The notes: generated by a model from the sequence alone, not told the origin. A stretch of 64,000 bases of DNA from Candidatus Zhuqueibacterota bacterium (GCA_049322915.1 JBMOPW010000020.1:1-64000), one strand, 5' to 3'. Shown: positions 40,635 to 51,402, counted from the stretch's first letter. Numbers and translations are program-made.

Positions 40635-40910
40635 AGGCTTACCCTTACCCATATCTTTTCTAACGCAGAGACCGCAGAGGTACGCAGCGTTTTGGTATTG
40701 AAAAAAAGCTGTTTGCAAATTTATGAGACCAGGTATTTTCCTGGTTATTCTGGTCTTCTGTGACTATGGGTGAACATGATTTTCATTGGTTGATTGAAAA
40801 TTTTAATATCACTCAGACCAATTCAAAGATAGTCTTTGCTCTGCGCCCTTCGCGACCTCTGCGTTTCATTTGATTGTAATATCCCCCAACGTATGGGTGT
40901 GGATTAGCCT
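40635..40910. mobile_element. Composite MITE (imperfect 20-bp TIRs, CGCAGAG-family hairpin cargo) inserted into a REP-like element
   Basis: AGGCTTACCCTTACCCATAT vs reverse complement AGGCTAATCCACACCCATAC (15/20); TTTT(A) on both flanks; inner AACGCAGAG.. / ..CTCTGCGTT. Confidence 0.65.
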
Positions 40911-41107
40911 TTTTAGACAGGGTTGGGGTGAGGTCAATATTAGCAGTTTTCAGACTGACACTAATTCGTGACAAAAGAACCAAGCTAGTCGAGATCGATG
41001 CTGCCCGTCCCGGTGCAGAACGCAGGGACGGGCAGCACGCGCGAAGATCGTCATGCGGTATTCATTCAGCTTGCGAAGCCCAGCCATTCGGGATTCGGAT
41101 GGTCAGT

Positions 41108-43003
41108 TCACTTCAGTTTTTGGATCTCCTGTTCCAGCATGGTCACCAGTTCATCGAACTGGGCGATGACGGCTTTGACAGGCTCCGGTTTGGAAAGATC
41201 GACTCCGGCTTTTTTCAACTGCTCCATCGGATAATCATTGCCCCCGGATTTGAGCAGAGTGAGGTAACGATCCAGCGCCGCCTGGCGTTCTTTCTTCGGG
41301 CCTTTGGTCACATCATCGTAAATCTGCGCCGATGAAGCAAAGCAGGTCGCGTATTGATAGACGTAAAACGGCGCATTGTAAAAATGCCCGATCCGCGCCC
41401 AGACCACATCCAGCAGTTCGTCATCGACGATGGAATCGCCATAGTAGGCGTCGAACAGTTCGTGCATGATCTGGTTGAGGGTTTGCGCGGTGATCGGCTG
41501 GCCTTGCTCCACCAGTTCGTGGACTTGCAGTTCATAATCGGCCAGCAGCGTCTGGAAATAAAATGTGCCGGTGATGCCGCGGATGGCCTGTTGCAGCAAG
41601 GCAATGCGCTCTTTGGGGTCTTTGGTCTGAGCCAACAGGTAATCCAGCAGCAGCCGCTCATTGAACGTGGAAGCGACTTCCGCCACAAAAATAGTGTACG
41701 AATGGTTGGCGAAGGGCTGATTTTCGCTGGACAGCAGCGAATGCATGGTATGGCCCAACTCGTGTCCCAGCGTGAAAACGTCATCCAGGGTTTCGCTATA
41801 ATTCAACAGCATGTAGGGATGCACGCCATAGACATTCGCGGAATAGGCGCCAGGCCGTTTGCCGGTATTTTCAAACACATCGATCCAGCCACCTTCCAGG
41901 GCGAGCTTGTATTTTTCGTTGTATTCCTTGCCCAGCGGTTTGATCGATTCCATGACCCATTTCTTCGCCTGCTCGTACGAGTAGGTTTTGTTGAAATCCG
42001 TGAGGCCGATGGAACCATCGTAGTTGTGATATTCTTCCAATCCCAGCACCTTCTTTCGCAGGGCGGTGTAGCGCTGAAGCGGCGCGGTATTGGCCTTCAC
42101 CGTATTGACGAGATTGGTGTACACCTCCAACGGGATGTTATCGCTGTCCAGCGCCGATTCCAGGGTTGAGGCATAATTCCGGGACTGCGCCCCGGCCCAA
42201 TCGCGCTGGCAGATTGAATTGTAGACAGCAGCATAGGTATTTTTGGTCGCGTCGTACACTTTGTAATGCGCTTCAAAGGCCAGCTTGCGATCCGCCTGAT
42301 TGGGATAGGTCGCCAGCACGAGACTGTAATTTCCACTGGTCATTTTCAATTCGGCGCCGGTGGAGAACTGCACTGATGGGAATTGAATATCCGACGTGGA
42401 CAATTCGGAATAGATGGACTGCGGCGTCCCGTTGAATTGGCTGTAAAATGAGAGCAGTCTCTCTTTGTCCTCATCCAGCACATGGGTTTGCTGCCGGTAC
42501 AGATTTTCCAGTCCGAACCGATAGGGCGCCTGGCCTTCAGTGCTATCCAGCCACAGCTTCATCGTGTCCCAGGGAATTTGCAGAATTTCAGGATTGATCC
42601 AGGAAGTGGCTGTTCCAAATTTAGCGAACAGAATTTGCACCTGTTGTAACCGCGCGGAAATTTCCTGATTGCGGGTGTCCGTATCCCGGGTGAATTGGGG
42701 ATAGCGGTACACGCGGTACGCCAGAATATTCATGTCATCCTGCAATTTGAGCGCATTCAAAAGCTGGTCCGCGCCGTTGCCGAGCGTCCCTTTCAATGCA
42801 ATGATCTTATCCATTTTCGTCTGCAAATCCGCCAGGCCTTTTTCCCATTCCTGCCAATTCGCGTAAATATCGTTCAAATCCCATTTGTACGCTTCTGAAA
42901 TTTCAGCTCGATTTTGTGATCGTTGTTGTGCCATCATTGCTCCTGCAAAAAGAAAAGTGAACAGAATCAACACCCATAACGCCAGGTTCATTTTTTTGTA
43001 CAT
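41108..43003 (-). CDS. pepF: Oligoendopeptidase F (M3B) with signal peptide
   Basis: YKWDLNDIY, GKRPGAYS, HELGHTMHS, VAEVAS, FYVYQYAT; GGAGG before ATG 43003. Confidence 0.92.
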   Translation of the reverse strand: MYKKMNLALWVLILFTFLFAGAMMAQQRSQNRAEISEAYKWDLNDIYANWQEWEKGLADLQTKMDKIIALKGTLGNGADQLLNALKLQDDMNILAYRVYRYPQFTRDTDTRNQEISARLQQVQILFAKFGTATSWINPEILQIPWDTMKLWLDSTEGQAPYRFGLENLYRQQTHVLDEDKERLLSFYSQFNGTPQSIYSELSTSDIQFPSVQFSTGAELKMTSGNYSLVLATYPNQADRKLAFEAHYKVYDATKNTYAAVYNSICQRDWAGAQSRNYASTLESALDSDNIPLEVYTNLVNTVKANTAPLQRYTALRKKVLGLEEYHNYDGSIGLTDFNKTYSYEQAKKWVMESIKPLGKEYNEKYKLALEGGWIDVFENTGKRPGAYSANVYGVHPYMLLNYSETLDDVFTLGHELGHTMHSLLSSENQPFANHSYTIFVAEVASTFNERLLLDYLLAQTKDPKERIALLQQAIRGITGTFYFQTLLADYELQVHELVEQGQPITAQTLNQIMHELFDAYYGDSIVDDELLDVVWARIGHFYNAPFYVYQYATCFASSAQIYDDVTKGPKKERQAALDRYLTLLKSGGNDYPMEQLKKAGVDLSKPEPVKAVIAQFDELVTMLEQEIQKLK

Positions 43004-43261
43004 GGTTCTTTGCCTCCAGCTTCGTTTGTTAGTCATTCTACCTCGTTGTGATTTATGAAATGATCGTTCGCCCATTGTGTTACGATATTCGTTTTGCCCC
43101 GATTCGCCCATTCAAAAAAGACATCTGATTTCAATTTCCCGGATGACGTTCCGGGTGAGCGTCGGTTCCTCGAATCGCCTTTGCGACATTTTCCCGAACA
43201 GCCGCAGAAACGCAATTCCCGGCGCAGTGGGGCTGACGTGCCGGGAACCGAACGCCATCGC

Positions 43262-44152
43262 TCACCGCAAGCGCGGATCCAGTGCATCGCGGAGGCCTTC
43301 GCCGATCAGGTTGTACCCCAGCACCGTGACGAAAATCGCCAGCCCGGGGAACAGGGTCATCCACCAGGCGAACTGCATCACCGTGCGGCCCTGCGCCAGG
43401 ATATTCCCCCAACTCGGCGTCGGCGGCTGAACGCCCAGACCCAGAAACGACAGCCCGGATTCGACCAGAATGGCTGCTGCCACACCCAGCGTGATGGCCA
43501 CAAACACCGGGGCGAGGACATTGGGAATGATATGGCGCCAGATGATGCGCCAGCGCCCAATGCCCAGCGCAATCGCCGCCTGCACATAATCGCGCTCGCG
43601 AATCGACAGCACTTCGGCGCGAACCATCCGCGCCAATCCCGGCCAACTGGTAATGGCGATCACAATCATCACGTTGTAAATATTGGGCTCCAGCATGGCG
43701 ATGACCATCAGCAGCAGGAAGAACGAAGGAATGCACAGCACCAGATCAACGAAGCGCATGAGCAGGTTATCGATCTTGCCGCCGAAAAAGCCGGCCAGCG
43801 CGCCGATAATGACGCCCAACACGCCGGCCAGGCCGGACGAAATGAATCCCACACTCATGGAGATGCGCGCGCCGAACATCACGCGGGCAAAGACGTCGCG
43901 GCCGTTCATGTCGGTCCCGAAGGGATGGTTCCACGATGGGGACTGATAAATCTCCGCCAGATTGATCTCGTTCGGATCATGCCGCGAAATGAGCGGACTG
44001 AAAATCGCGCCCAGCGAGAGCGCGAAAATGACCAATGCTCCGACCACTGCCAGTTTATTTCTGCAATATTGCCGGAAGATGATTCGAAACATGGACGTGG
44101 ATTGGCTTTTCTTCCGTTCCACGGTTTGTGTCACGTCGCTTGTTTCACTCAT
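43262..44152 (-). CDS. oppC: Oligopeptide ABC transporter permease
   Basis: HPFGTDMNGRD, EAA-like DYVQAAIALG, HIIPN, LGLGVQPPTPSWG. Confidence 0.88.
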   Translation of the reverse strand: MSETSDVTQTVERKKSQSTSMFRIIFRQYCRNKLAVVGALVIFALSLGAIFSPLISRHDPNEINLAEIYQSPSWNHPFGTDMNGRDVFARVMFGARISMSVGFISSGLAGVLGVIIGALAGFFGGKIDNLLMRFVDLVLCIPSFFLLLMVIAMLEPNIYNVMIVIAITSWPGLARMVRAEVLSIRERDYVQAAIALGIGRWRIIWRHIIPNVLAPVFVAITLGVAAAILVESGLSFLGLGVQPPTPSWGNILAQGRTVMQFAWWMTLFPGLAIFVTVLGYNLIGEGLRDALDPRLR

Positions 44153-45119
44153 ATTTAATCCTCGGATCGACAATTCCGTATAGAATATCCGCCAACAGAT
44201 TTCCGAACAGCAGCAGGAACACGGAGAAGACGGACGTGCCCATTATCAACGGATAATCGCGCGCTAACACGGCCTGATACGCCAGTCGCCCCATGCCGGG
44301 CCAGGCAAAAATCGTTTCCACAATGACGCTGCCGCCAATCAGCCCCGGCAGGCTCAGCCCAAAAATGGTGACGATGGGCAGCAGGGCATTGCGCAGCGCG
44401 TGTTTGTAAATCACTTTCCCCTCGCTCAATCCTTTGGCGCGCGCTGTGGTGATGTAATCCTGCCGAACGATTTCCAGCATGCTGGAGCGCGTGTATCGGG
44501 ACAGCCAGGCCAGCCCGGCGAACGAAAGCACAAACACCGGCAGAATCGCGTGGCTGGCGATGTCCCAGGTTTTGTCCCAGAACGACAGATTCGAATAATC
44601 CAGCAGCAGCGAATGCATGCCTGAAATGGGCAGCCAGCCGAGCTTGACGGAGAAAATCATAATCAGCAGCAGCGCCAGCCAGAAGCTGGGAATCGCCATG
44701 CCGATGAAAACGAACACTGTGGAAATTTTATCGAAAACAGAGTACTGCTTCACTGCGGAGAGAATGCCGATGGGCACCGCAAAAATGTAGATGAGCAACA
44801 GCGCGGCAATATTGAGGATGATGGTGTTGGGCAGCGTCGCGAAAATCTGATCCAGCACCGGCCGGCTATCTTTGAACGAAACCCCGAAATCCAGCACAAC
44901 CATTTTCCTGAGCCAGTTCCAATACTGCACGTGCAACGGCTTGTCCAGCCCATAAATTTTTTCCAGACGCTCGGCAGCGATGGCCATGCCCGGACGCATT
45001 TGCGCTTCGAGGTCCGAGGGCTTGCCCGGCGCGAGATGGATGATCAGAAAAGTGATGATGGTGATGCCGAAATAGAGCGGGATGAGCGTCAGAATCCTGC
45101 GGATGATGAAATTGCGCAT
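44145..45119 (-). CDS. oppB: Oligopeptide ABC transporter permease
   Basis: YGLDKPL, QDYITTARAKGL, HALRNA, WPGMG, RDYP. Confidence 0.88.
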   Translation of the reverse strand: MRNFIIRRILTLIPLYFGITIITFLIIHLAPGKPSDLEAQMRPGMAIAAERLEKIYGLDKPLHVQYWNWLRKMVVLDFGVSFKDSRPVLDQIFATLPNTIILNIAALLLIYIFAVPIGILSAVKQYSVFDKISTVFVFIGMAIPSFWLALLLIMIFSVKLGWLPISGMHSLLLDYSNLSFWDKTWDIASHAILPVFVLSFAGLAWLSRYTRSSMLEIVRQDYITTARAKGLSEGKVIYKHALRNALLPIVTIFGLSLPGLIGGSVIVETIFAWPGMGRLAYQAVLARDYPLIMGTSVFSVFLLLFGNLLADILYGIVDPRIKYE

Positions 45120-45243
45120 GAATATTTCTCGAATGTTGTTAGTGAGATGGATTCATTGGATTGATGAGTGAACAATGAAAAATATGGGTGCCCGGCCCGG
45201 TTCAACCGGCCGGGCGCGTTACAATCGAATGCGCGGTTCACCC

Positions 45244-48200
45244 CTATTCGATGATGACCATTTTCCGAACAAAATTTTCACCACCGGTTTTCAACTGGTA
45301 GAAGTACACGCCGGTGGGCGCGTGACGATGCGTCTCGTCGGCGCCGTCCCAGATGATCTGGTAAACGCCGGCTGCCTGACGTTCGGAATTGACCAGCGTT
45401 TTCACTGCATGGCCCAGCACATCGTACACAACCAATTGGACAGCATGGTCACCGGCCGGCACCTCGTACCGAATTGTGGTCATGGCATTGAATGGATTGG
45501 GATAATTCTGATGCAGCGCAACGTGCGTCGGCGCGACCACTGTCACCCCGACTTCCGGCGAGTAACTGACCTGCCCGTCGAAATCCTGCTGCTGCAACCG
45601 ATACGTCCACTGGCCGGCTGCGATATTCTGATCCACAAAAGTATAATCATGCGGGATGGCCGTTGTGCCGTTTCCGGCGACAAATCCGATACGCTGAAAT
45701 TCGCCGGCTGTTTCGTTTTTCTTCTGAATGAAAAAGCCGTAATTGTTGGACTCGGTCGCAGTGCGCCATTCCAGTTGGACTGCGCCATCGGCGAGGAACG
45801 CATTGAACGACGTCAATTCCACCGGCACAACGCCCAGGACGGTGATGGTCCCATTTTCCGTGGTCCGGTCAATGGCTCCGCCGTTGAATTGCATGCCGGC
45901 GAAGGTGATATCGCTGCTCGTCCCGTCCGCGCCAATGACGTTAAACTTGAGATAGATCAGCGGCCCATCTCCGACCAGCGGCGTGCTTCCGCTGGCATTC
46001 ACCGTGAATCCGCCGGAGAAGGTGTACACGGCCGGCATTCCCCAGATTTCCGTGAGGCTGCCGACAATGTCCACGCCTTTGAACTCCAGCACCGAGGCGT
46101 TGTAGCGCAAAGTCATCACATAGTTTTTCACGCCAAAGCCGGTCACAGCGGAAACCGCAGCCGGGGTATGCAGCGAACTCATCGATGGCTTGGTGCTGTC
46201 CGGAATGGAAACATGAATCACCGGCTCAAGCGGCTCTGTCACAGTGATGCGGCCATTCTGATTCGCCGTGACCGGATAGCCATAGTTGAACTGGACAACG
46301 TCGAAGACCAACTCCGTGCTCTGGCCGGGATCGCCAATCACATCGAACGCAAGTCCCACAAGCCCACCGGCGCCGCTGAGCGGCTCTGTCCCGGACATGG
46401 TCAGTTTTAGCCAGCCGTTTTTCGTCTGGAATGAAAAATTGCTCCAGCCGCTGGTCAACATGCCCTCTGTCGAATAAGCGGTGGCCGCGATAATCGTTTC
46501 GTCGAATGACACCTCTACGGTGCACGATGTGATATCCAGTCCGGTCACATCATCCACCTGCACCGGCATTACGAGCGAACTGTTCACCTCGGCCGTCGTC
46601 TGCGGCATTGAGACTGCAACCACGTGCGACGCTGTGGTCAGGAAATGCCCGTCGGCTGCGACGGCGAGCGGATATCCGTCATTGAACATCGCTTCGATGA
46701 AATGCAGCGAACTCTCACTGGCTTCGACGCCGGCAGCGGTGACATTCAGATAAACCAGGACGCCGGCTCCGGCAAGCGGCGTAGCGCCGTTTAGCGCGAT
46801 CGTCATTGTATCGTTGCTCAGCGCGACCAGCGGCGCATCCCAGCCCTGGGCCAGCGTGTTTGCAGTGACAACCTCCAGCAGCGACACAACCTGGGGATTG
46901 TATTGAACTGAAAATTGCACCGCTGTGATGGCTTCTCCCTTCAAATCGCCGATGCGCACCGGAATTTGAATGCGCGATTTGGCCGGGGCAGATGTGTCCG
47001 GCAAGGACATGGCGATTTCAACCGCCGGACTATAGCCATGACTTGAATACCGCGCCGTGAGCGGATGCCGGTAATGATTGGCGATGGTCTCGCCGGTCGC
47101 CCGCGGCTGGTTTTTTGGCAGGAAATAGGCCGTGTACGGCAGACTGAAGCCTCCCTCTATTTTCGTCCCGGTGAATAAAATGCCGGTATCGCCGTACGCT
47201 TTTCTATCCCCGGTATCCGAAGTATTATCTGCGGTTTTTCCGTTGGCGTTTTCATTGTCGTAGTAATAAAGCGTGTACGCTGCGCCGCTCGGCGGAGTGA
47301 ATTCGTTGATCATCACAAACGAACCGGCGTTGCCGGAGCAGAGGTACCAGTTGAGGTCCGGCAGTGGATAAATCACCTTCGAAGCCACACCACCATCGCC
47401 GTCGATCACAATGTCCACATTATTGGGATTATTGAACAACATGCCCACAGCATTGGCATTCAAATCGAACGATTGCCGGACAAGGCTGATTCCGTATTCT
47501 GAAGTGAGCGACTTGGTGGTGCCCAGACCGACCACGTTGTACGGGTAATATCGGGTTTTGAACGTCCCGACTGTGATGGCCACTCCCTGAAATTCAGCTT
47601 CGTACAAAATATCGCGGATGGTGCGAATGGGCCCGGTTTTGAATTTGATGCCTTTATCGATCAAATCCGGCTCCGCCATCTGAAACGGATAAATCGTGTA
47701 ATAATTGCCATTCACCCGCGCCTTTTGCCGATCCAGAAAATCCAGGCCATTGCCGCCGGCACTGCCGGGGACTTTCCAACTGTTGGCAACGCCGCCGCCT
47801 TTGCCGTTGCCGTCCCGCGGCGTGTGTCCTTCGGTGTAGCCCGCGGCGTGAATCGTGTCTGTGGCGGTCCCGGATGACGGGACGTACCGCATGTACACCG
47901 GCAAGTTGGGATCCGGGACTAATGTTGTCGACCGGTACACGTAGACATATTTGTAATTCAGGGAATCGTCCGGATTGGTGACCTGAATTTGATAGCGCCC
48001 ATACCGGCGCGAATCGCTGTCGTCAATCCACTGGAAGGCGCGGGCCGTATCCCCGGCGTCGCCGGCCATGAAAACGATTTCATCCACCCAGTCGATGACG
48101 TCGTTGTAATCGGCGTCAAAATATCCTTCATCGCCGTCCAATTGATCGATTTGAATTGTGATTTGCCGCCACTGATTTTCCGCCTTGTTGAAGGAATAAA

Positions 48201-48363
48201 GGAAAATCTGATTGATCGGAACAGTGATGAATGCCGGCATGTATCCCCCGTTTATGACAACGGCCTCTTTGTTCCTGAATTCATCCCAGCTTTGACCGAG
48301 AACGGTGACAGGGATGGCTGCGAAGAGCAATCCCCAAAGCACTACCGCGTTTATTTTCTTCAT
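45244..48363 (-). CDS. Secreted protein: unknown N-terminal domain, three cohesin-like domains, FlgD-Ig/T9SS-type C-terminal domain
   Basis: Signal peptide; three repeats of S(M/I)P..(V/T)P..(Y/F)(N/D)..L.G.G.L..F; PVELTSF..W.TATESNNYGF; LHQNYPNPFN. Confidence 0.8.
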   Translation of the reverse strand: MKKINAVVLWGLLFAAIPVTVLGQSWDEFRNKEAVVINGGYMPAFITVPINQIFLYSFNKAENQWRQITIQIDQLDGDEGYFDADYNDVIDWVDEIVFMAGDAGDTARAFQWIDDSDSRRYGRYQIQVTNPDDSLNYKYVYVYRSTTLVPDPNLPVYMRYVPSSGTATDTIHAAGYTEGHTPRDGNGKGGGVANSWKVPGSAGGNGLDFLDRQKARVNGNYYTIYPFQMAEPDLIDKGIKFKTGPIRTIRDILYEAEFQGVAITVGTFKTRYYPYNVVGLGTTKSLTSEYGISLVRQSFDLNANAVGMLFNNPNNVDIVIDGDGGVASKVIYPLPDLNWYLCSGNAGSFVMINEFTPPSGAAYTLYYYDNENANGKTADNTSDTGDRKAYGDTGILFTGTKIEGGFSLPYTAYFLPKNQPRATGETIANHYRHPLTARYSSHGYSPAVEIAMSLPDTSAPAKSRIQIPVRIGDLKGEAITAVQFSVQYNPQVVSLLEVVTANTLAQGWDAPLVALSNDTMTIALNGATPLAGAGVLVYLNVTAAGVEASESSLHFIEAMFNDGYPLAVAADGHFLTTASHVVAVSMPQTTAEVNSSLVMPVQVDDVTGLDITSCTVEVSFDETIIAATAYSTEGMLTSGWSNFSFQTKNGWLKLTMSGTEPLSGAGGLVGLAFDVIGDPGQSTELVFDVVQFNYGYPVTANQNGRITVTEPLEPVIHVSIPDSTKPSMSSLHTPAAVSAVTGFGVKNYVMTLRYNASVLEFKGVDIVGSLTEIWGMPAVYTFSGGFTVNASGSTPLVGDGPLIYLKFNVIGADGTSSDITFAGMQFNGGAIDRTTENGTITVLGVVPVELTSFNAFLADGAVQLEWRTATESNNYGFFIQKKNETAGEFQRIGFVAGNGTTAIPHDYTFVDQNIAAGQWTYRLQQQDFDGQVSYSPEVGVTVVAPTHVALHQNYPNPFNAMTTIRYEVPAGDHAVQLVVYDVLGHAVKTLVNSERQAAGVYQIIWDGADETHRHAPTGVYFYQLKTGGENFVRKMVIIE

Positions 48364-48554
48364 AAACACTTTTCCTCTTTGGCTTCATTTGAAATGGACG
48401 ATGCGGCATGCACTCACGAGAAAAATGGAGAGTCGCCGCGCCCGGATTGTTACTATAAATTCACGAATTTTTCATCAATATAAACAAATCTTTTTTGAAA
48501 ATCAATTTGTATTTCATTCGGAAATCATCTGATTGTCCGGCGAAACAGGCCGGC

Positions 48555-48593
48555 AAAAAATAATAAAACCACAGCGATGCACTGTGGTTTTAT
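48555..48593 (-). terminator. Intrinsic terminator
   Basis: ATAAAACCACAG / CTGTGGTTTTAT stem with a T-rich tail on the minus strand. Confidence 0.65.
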
Positions 48594-48620
48594 CAGGGTC
48601 AAATTAATCTGGACAACCAG

Positions 48621-50597
48621 CTATCTGAGGATGAGCATCTTTCGTGTCTCCTCAAAGTTCCCGGCCGTGAGCCGGTACAGGTAGGTTCCAGCCGCTACAT
48701 TCAGACCGCGCCGATCTTTGCCATTCCAGAGAACCTGATACGAACCGGCGCTCTGGCTCGCGTGGACGAGGCGGGCAATTTCATCGCCGAGGAGATTGTA
48801 AATCCTCAAATCCACCAGCACTGCGGAACCCGTCTCCGGAATCTGGTATCGGATGACCGTCTCCGGGTTGAACGGATTGGGATAGTTTTGCTCCAATCGG
48901 AACGACGCCGGCACGGTGATTTGCTCCTCGGCCACGCCAACCGGCAGAACGGTCACTGCCACAATCTGTGAGTAGGCGAAATTGCCGCTCAGGCCAATCT
49001 GTTTCAGACGGTAGGAATAATCTCCCACGACAACGGTAGTGTCCATGAACGCATAGACATGCGGTGAAGTGGTCGTACCAAAGCCATCGACAAATCCGAT
49101 TTTCTCCCAGTCGCCTGCTGCGCCTGTTTTGCGCTCAATGTCGAAACCGGCGTTCGCAATTTCAGAGGCGGTTGTCCAGTTCAGTTCGACGATACTTGTA
49201 CTCACGACTTCGGCTGTGAAAGTGGTCAAATCCACGACCTGGAATTCGACCGGCGCGATTTCGATCGACATTGGCGATTGGAAATTTCTGGCCAATGACT
49301 CGCCGACTGCAGGATCGGAATTGCCCGGCAGGAAGAACGATTTGTAGGCGAACCGCAGATTACCCACGATCTTCGTGCCGGCGCTTTGAATCAGAATGCC
49401 GGACTCGCCGAAAGCGCGCATGTCCCCGGTGTCTTCGCCCTCGTCGCTGAGCGTCGAATCATCTTTGAAATAGATCGAGTGCGTCTCGCCCAGCGAATCG
49501 ATTTTGAACAAATAGACGAACGTTCCCTGAAGGCCGGTGGAGAGGAACCAGTTCACGCCGTGCAGGTCCAGACTGTCGTCGAAAGACGATGTGTCCGGCG
49601 CGGGATTGCCGTCGATGACAATGCCCTGGGTATTGTAGGGATTGTAGAACTTCATCCCGGCGGCCTGTTCATTCAAATCGAACGATTGTTTGATGTAGTC
49701 GACCGAGTCCTTTTCCTGAACCCTGAACGACAGCCCGCCCGATTCCATTGAGTAGGGATAGTATTCCAGCGGCAAGGAAAATTCTTTTGCCTCGATGCCC
49801 TGAATGGCAACAGTCCACGTGACCTCCCGCAGCACGCGAACAGGGCCATCCTTGAAATTCACTGCCGGCGGAAATTCCTGCAAAAAATTCTCCCGGATGG
49901 TCGCCGGCATCACCACTTCAGAGCCGCCGAAACTGATATGCAGCATCAAATCCACGTGCAGTTTCTGCCTGTCCAGTATATCTTCCCCGTTGCCGCCGGC
50001 CGCCACCGGAATGGACAGATAGTCCGGAATTCCTTTGGTGTGCCCTTCAGAATAACTCGCTCCGTGTATGAAATCCGCGCCCTGGTCGTCGGGATCCGAA
50101 CTTGGCGCATAGCTGATATAGTCTTGCATGGCCGGATCGTGCGTCAGGGTTTTTGAACGATAGATGTACACCAGGGCCTGCTCATCCATGTGAGCCGTGT
50201 CGGTGATGGCAATGATGAACCGGCCATATTGCCGCGAGTCCTGATCCTCAATCCAGATGAGACCAGACGCCTCATCCCCCATGTCCCGCGCCATAAAAAT
50301 GATCTCATCGGTTGAATCCAGATCGCCATCGTTGCCGGAATAGGCGTAGCGTCCATCGTCGAGTCTCTCGTCGATCTGAGACGGAATCTGCGACCAGCCA
50401 TTCTGCGCGGCATCGTAGCGGTACAGGAATAGCTCCGAAATGGGGGCGTTCAACAGATCCGGGAACTGCTCGCCCCGGATGATGATGGGTTCATAGTCGC
50501 GCGTTGTATTCCAGCGGAGACTCTGCGACGCTGCGCTGGTGACGGTGACAGCGATGATAATGATCAATACCGTCCAATAGAAATTCTTGAATCTCAT
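48621..50597 (-). CDS. Secreted paralogue of the adjacent gene, lacking the cohesin-like domains
   Basis: Signal peptide; shared blocks QIDE/QIDQ, DEI.FMA.D.GD, GGNG.D.LDRQK, QSFDLN; LEQNYPNPFNP; AGGAGG RBS. Confidence 0.8.
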   Translation of the reverse strand: MRFKNFYWTVLIIIIAVTVTSAASQSLRWNTTRDYEPIIIRGEQFPDLLNAPISELFLYRYDAAQNGWSQIPSQIDERLDDGRYAYSGNDGDLDSTDEIIFMARDMGDEASGLIWIEDQDSRQYGRFIIAITDTAHMDEQALVYIYRSKTLTHDPAMQDYISYAPSSDPDDQGADFIHGASYSEGHTKGIPDYLSIPVAAGGNGEDILDRQKLHVDLMLHISFGGSEVVMPATIRENFLQEFPPAVNFKDGPVRVLREVTWTVAIQGIEAKEFSLPLEYYPYSMESGGLSFRVQEKDSVDYIKQSFDLNEQAAGMKFYNPYNTQGIVIDGNPAPDTSSFDDSLDLHGVNWFLSTGLQGTFVYLFKIDSLGETHSIYFKDDSTLSDEGEDTGDMRAFGESGILIQSAGTKIVGNLRFAYKSFFLPGNSDPAVGESLARNFQSPMSIEIAPVEFQVVDLTTFTAEVVSTSIVELNWTTASEIANAGFDIERKTGAAGDWEKIGFVDGFGTTTSPHVYAFMDTTVVVGDYSYRLKQIGLSGNFAYSQIVAVTVLPVGVAEEQITVPASFRLEQNYPNPFNPETVIRYQIPETGSAVLVDLRIYNLLGDEIARLVHASQSAGSYQVLWNGKDRRGLNVAAGTYLYRLTAGNFEETRKMLILR

Positions 50598-50972
50598 GGT
50601 GATCCTCCTTGCTGAATTCAAAAGATAATGAACTGTTTGCTTGTGCATCTCCGTTTCGAGTCGGTGATCCGAATGAATGAAGAACGATGAACCGAGTCAT
50701 CGTGTCGGCGAAATGTAGTCACGCCGCTGCATTCCAACAGTGTTGTTAGTCACAATTATAAAAAACTTAACCAATAATTTTTTTGCAACAATACCTCTGG
50801 CTCCCGGGCAGCGCCCCCTCCCCGCTGTGATCGGATTGCAAATCACTAGGCCGAATCAGGGGCTGTATGCTGCCGGTACGGACAAACATTCATGGACAAT
50901 TTAAATATTTTTTTCAAAATAGCAATAACTTTTTATTAACACTTGATCATAAATATCGGTTTAAAAAATGAC

Positions 50973-51018
50973 TTGACTTTGAACCATAATATTTTTATAT
51001 TTTGCCAATTAACGAAAT
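50973..51018 (+). promoter_or_regulatory. Sigma-70 promoter of arsR overlapped by a putative ArsR operator
   Basis: TTGACT-17 nt-TATATT; imperfect palindrome ATTTTG-N8-CGAAAT at 50999-51018. Confidence 0.7.
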
Positions 51019-51032
51019 GATGAGGAGCAATC

Positions 51033-51377
51033 ATGGATCAATTAGTCAGAATTTTCAAGGCGCTGGGCGATAAGAATCGGCTGCGCATCGTGAAGATGTT
51101 GCAATGCCGATCGCTGTGCGTCTGCGAAATAACGGCAGTTCTGGAACTGGCCACGTCGACAGTTTCTAAACATTTGAGTATTTTGAAAGAAGCGGAAATT
51201 ATCACCGATAAAAAAAGCGGTAAGTGGGTGGATTATCATCTGGTAGCCGATCCCAAAAATATTTTCGTCACCGCCTTCCTGCCGCTCATCACCTTCTGGC
51301 TGAATGATGACGAGCAGATGAAAGCCGATCTGGAAAAATTAAAATCGACCAATCGGATAGAATTATGCAAAATATAA
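51033..51377 (+). CDS. arsR: ArsR/SmtB transcriptional repressor
   Basis: FKALGDKNRLRI, LCVCEI metal-binding box, STVSKHL. Confidence 0.92.
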   Translation: MDQLVRIFKALGDKNRLRIVKMLQCRSLCVCEITAVLELATSTVSKHLSILKEAEIITDKKSGKWVDYHLVADPKNIFVTAFLPLITFWLNDDEQMKADLEKLKSTNRIELCKI

Positions 51378-51402
51378 TCCGGGTGGTAGCGTCAGAAAAG
51401 AC

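Noticed and set aside
1063..46410. Long antisense ORFs (e.g. 1063-2271, 2583-3587, 10591-12015, 38109-39095, 43094-44158, 45175-46410)
   Set aside because: Shadow frames opposite well-supported genes, expected from GC-rich codon bias; no motifs.
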